Shown here: positions 61,657 to 64,000 of the stretch, one piece after another
Position numbering within the stretch: position 1 is the stretch's first letter
How the letters are laid out: each line of letters starts with the position of its first letter
From: Flavobacteriales bacterium
Lineage (GTDB): Bacteria; Bacteroidota; Bacteroidia; CAIKAF01
Assembly (NCBI GenBank): GCA_026418175.1
Contig: JAOABX010000001.1
Coordinates: 68,957-132,956, forward strand
DNA: 64,000 nt
Reading direction: 5' to 3'
The notes under the pieces: generated by a model
Told to the model about the DNA's origin: nothing
The model's database searches: none
What the model saw: the letters and a program-made list of their open reading frames with translations, nothing else
Position numbers and translations under genes: made by a program

Positions 61657-63801
61657 ATGAAAAAATATTGGTTGTTATTTGTTGTTACATTACTATTCAT
61701 TCGGTCACTTTGGGCAGTAGAAGGAATGTGGCTTCCTATTTTGCTCAAAGAAATTAATGAAAAAGAAATGAAGGCAATGGGTATGCGCATTAGTGCCGAA
61801 GATTTATATTCCATCAACCGTTCCAGCCTTAAAGATGCTGTATTTTTATTCGGGGGGGGGTGTACCTCTGAAATCATTTCTTCTCAGGGCTTATTGCTTA
61901 CTAATCATCATTGTGGGTATGGTCAAATTCAGTCACATAGCTCATTAAAAAATGATTACTTAAAATATGGATTTTGGGCAAAATCGCTTAAAGACGAACT
62001 TCCTAATAAAGGGCTTACTGCTACCCGAATTGTTCGTATGGAAAATGTTACAGATGATGTTTTAAAAGGCGCAATAAAGTCAGACGGTACTCTTGAGCAG
62101 TCCATTGTAGATGCAAACAGCAAACGAATTGCCCAGCAAAGTGTACAAGGTACACATTATGAAGCTTCAGTTAAGCCTTTTTATTATGGCAATGAATATT
62201 ATCTTTTTATTACTGAAACCTTTAAAGATATCCGTTTAGTTGGCACACCTCCATCGTTCATTGGTAAATTTGGTGGCGATACAGATAACTGGATGTGGCC
62301 GCGTCACACCGGTGATTTTGCAGTATTCAGAATATATGCCGGTGTTGATAACAAACCGGCTGAATACAGCGAAAATAATGTTCCATACAAACCGCTTCAT
62401 CATTTTCCCATTTCACTTAAAGGGGTACAGCCCAATGATTTTACTTTGGTGTATGGATTCCCCGGACGTACTCAGCAATACCTGCCTTCTGCCATGGTAA
62501 AGCTCACTATGAATGATTTGAACCCGATACGTATCCAGATTCGGCAGAAAGCCTTATCAGTAATAGATAAAGCAATGGCCAGCAGCGATGAGTTACGTAT
62601 AAAATATGCAGCCAAACAATCGCGAATTAGTAATGCATACAAAAAATGGATTGGTGAAAATCGAGGATTGAAAAAATTAGATGCTATTCGAATCAAACAG
62701 GAATGGGAGAGCCGATACTTGCAGGCCGTAAAAGGTACTCCATACGAATCATTGGTTCAACAGTTTAATAATTTGGTTGAAAACTTCAGGCCTTACGCCC
62801 TAGCCAATGATTATTACAATGAGTTCATCTTCTCAGGACCTGAAATTATTCGTTACACAAATAACTATGTAAAATTTATTAAATCTTATCAAGAACTAAA
62901 ATCTAAAGGAGAACTTGATAAACAAATTCAAGCTTTAAAATCAAGCGCTGAAGGTTATTTTAAAAATTATGATAAAGAAGTAGATCGTCAAATTATGTTG
63001 GCGGTGCTTCCTGTTTTTACTTCTGGATTGGATGTTGAAATGTTCCCTCAGGTCTTAAAGGATGAACTTTCGAAATATAAAAATGATATTCCTGCTATGA
63101 CAAATAGTTTATATGCTACCACCTTGTTTGCAGATAAAAATAAAATTTTGGGCTGGCTTGAAAATGTTAATGAAAAGTCTATTAAAAAAATGATGGCAGA
63201 TCCCATGTATAAAATTACTGATAACTTGTATCAAACCTATCAAGATAAAATTGATAAAGTGTATAAAGAGTACTTTGATAAAATACAAACTGCCATGTTT
63301 GCATTTCTCAAATCTTTACGCAAGTATTTGCCTAATGATCGTCGTTATTATCCCGATGCTAATAGTACACTGCGTGTTTCTTATGGCAAAGTGGAGGGGT
63401 ATTCTCCCAAAGATGGGATTGTTTATCATTGGCAAACTACTGTTGATGGAATTATTCAGAAGTATATTCCTAATGATACTGAATTTGATTTGGATCAGCG
63501 ATTCATTGATTTGTATAAAAACAAAGATTATGGGCGCTATGGTTCCAATGGTACATTGCCTGTAGCTTTCACAGCATCTAATCACACAACCGGAGGTAAT
63601 TCTGGTAGTCCGGTACTAAATGCTAATGGTCATCTAATTGGCATAAATTTTGACCGTGCATGGGAAAGTACCATGAGTGATATTATGTATGACCCGGAAC
63701 GTTGCAGAAATATTATATGCGATATACGATATGTGTTGTGGGTTATTGATAAATATGCTGATGCAACTCATTTGGTAAATGAAATGACAATAATTGAATA
63801 A
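61657..63801 (+). CDS. S46 dipeptidyl peptidase, DPP11-like (start MKKYW)
   Basis: EGMWLP, TNHHC, DNWMWPRHTGDF, TGGNSGSPV, NFDR. TACGTTTG promoter at 61629-61636 places the start at 61657. Confidence 0.93.
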   Translation: MKKYWLLFVVTLLFIRSLWAVEGMWLPILLKEINEKEMKAMGMRISAEDLYSINRSSLKDAVFLFGGGCTSEIISSQGLLLTNHHCGYGQIQSHSSLKNDYLKYGFWAKSLKDELPNKGLTATRIVRMENVTDDVLKGAIKSDGTLEQSIVDANSKRIAQQSVQGTHYEASVKPFYYGNEYYLFITETFKDIRLVGTPPSFIGKFGGDTDNWMWPRHTGDFAVFRIYAGVDNKPAEYSENNVPYKPLHHFPISLKGVQPNDFTLVYGFPGRTQQYLPSAMVKLTMNDLNPIRIQIRQKALSVIDKAMASSDELRIKYAAKQSRISNAYKKWIGENRGLKKLDAIRIKQEWESRYLQAVKGTPYESLVQQFNNLVENFRPYALANDYYNEFIFSGPEIIRYTNNYVKFIKSYQELKSKGELDKQIQALKSSAEGYFKNYDKEVDRQIMLAVLPVFTSGLDVEMFPQVLKDELSKYKNDIPAMTNSLYATTLFADKNKILGWLENVNEKSIKKMMADPMYKITDNLYQTYQDKIDKVYKEYFDKIQTAMFAFLKSLRKYLPNDRRYYPDANSTLRVSYGKVEGYSPKDGIVYHWQTTVDGIIQKYIPNDTEFDLDQRFIDLYKNKDYGRYGSNGTLPVAFTASNHTTGGNSGSPVLNANGHLIGINFDRAWESTMSDIMYDPERCRNIICDIRYVLWVIDKYADATHLVNEMTIIE

Positions 63802-63820
63802 CTTTGGAAAAAAATTTGAT

Positions 63821-64000
63821 ATGAAAAGATTAGTTTTTTTCTTATTACTTGCTGCAATGGGTTCTTCAGGATGCGATACATTAACCGGAACTTTTACTGC
63901 TAATATTAATGGTCAGGCCTGGAATCCTCCTTTACCAGTTGCAGTTAGAACAGGAAATAGATATACCATTACCGCTGCTTCTTCCGATAAGCAAATGATA
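63821..64000 (+). CDS. Lipoprotein, 3'-truncated by window edge
   Basis: MKRLVFFLLLAAMGSSGCDTLTGTFTANINGQAW, with lipobox SSGC; not in the ORF track. Confidence 0.7.
   Translation, partial: MKRLVFFLLLAAMGSSGCDTLTGTFTANINGQAWNPPLPVAVRTGNRYTITAASSDKQMI

Noticed and set aside
676..63585. Many short antisense or alternate-frame ORFs in the track (e.g. 676-972, 9961-10410, 14098-14637, 28019-28528)
   Set aside because: They overlap well-supported genes and show no motifs; treated as shadow ORFs.

Overview
AT-rich chromosomal segment of a Bacteroidota bacterium, judged from gldF/gldG, T9SS cargo, a PorV-family gene, TAnnTTTG promoters and mevalonate genes. Most of it is housekeeping: greA, dnaN, purC, phoH-like, lepA, gatB, gap, methylmalonyl-CoA mutase, photolyase, LpxH-like, mevalonate/IDI-2, peptidases and transporters. 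Three accessory patches stand out. (1) 11.8-16.3 kb: a T9SS tail-fibre-like gene with an S74-type chaperone, split by a 1-nt frameshift at a T6 run. It is preceded by an AT-rich type-B-CTD gene, a hairpin-rich leader, a G10 tract and a 129-nt orphan copy of part of the fibre gene. (2) 30.8-36.0 kb: two T9SS cargo genes with closely related C-termini, next to an unannotated LytTR pseudogene fragment and a 13-bp palindrome. (3) 55.1-57.8 kb: a WYL regulator followed by three uncharacterised genes, with a palindrome at the first start codon; the last gene has two ClpC-M-domain/UVR-like motifs. Patch 3 is the best candidate for an undescribed system. No rRNA, tRNA, CRISPR array, transposase, integrase or reverse transcriptase was recognised. 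All calls come from motif reading by eye; no searches were run.
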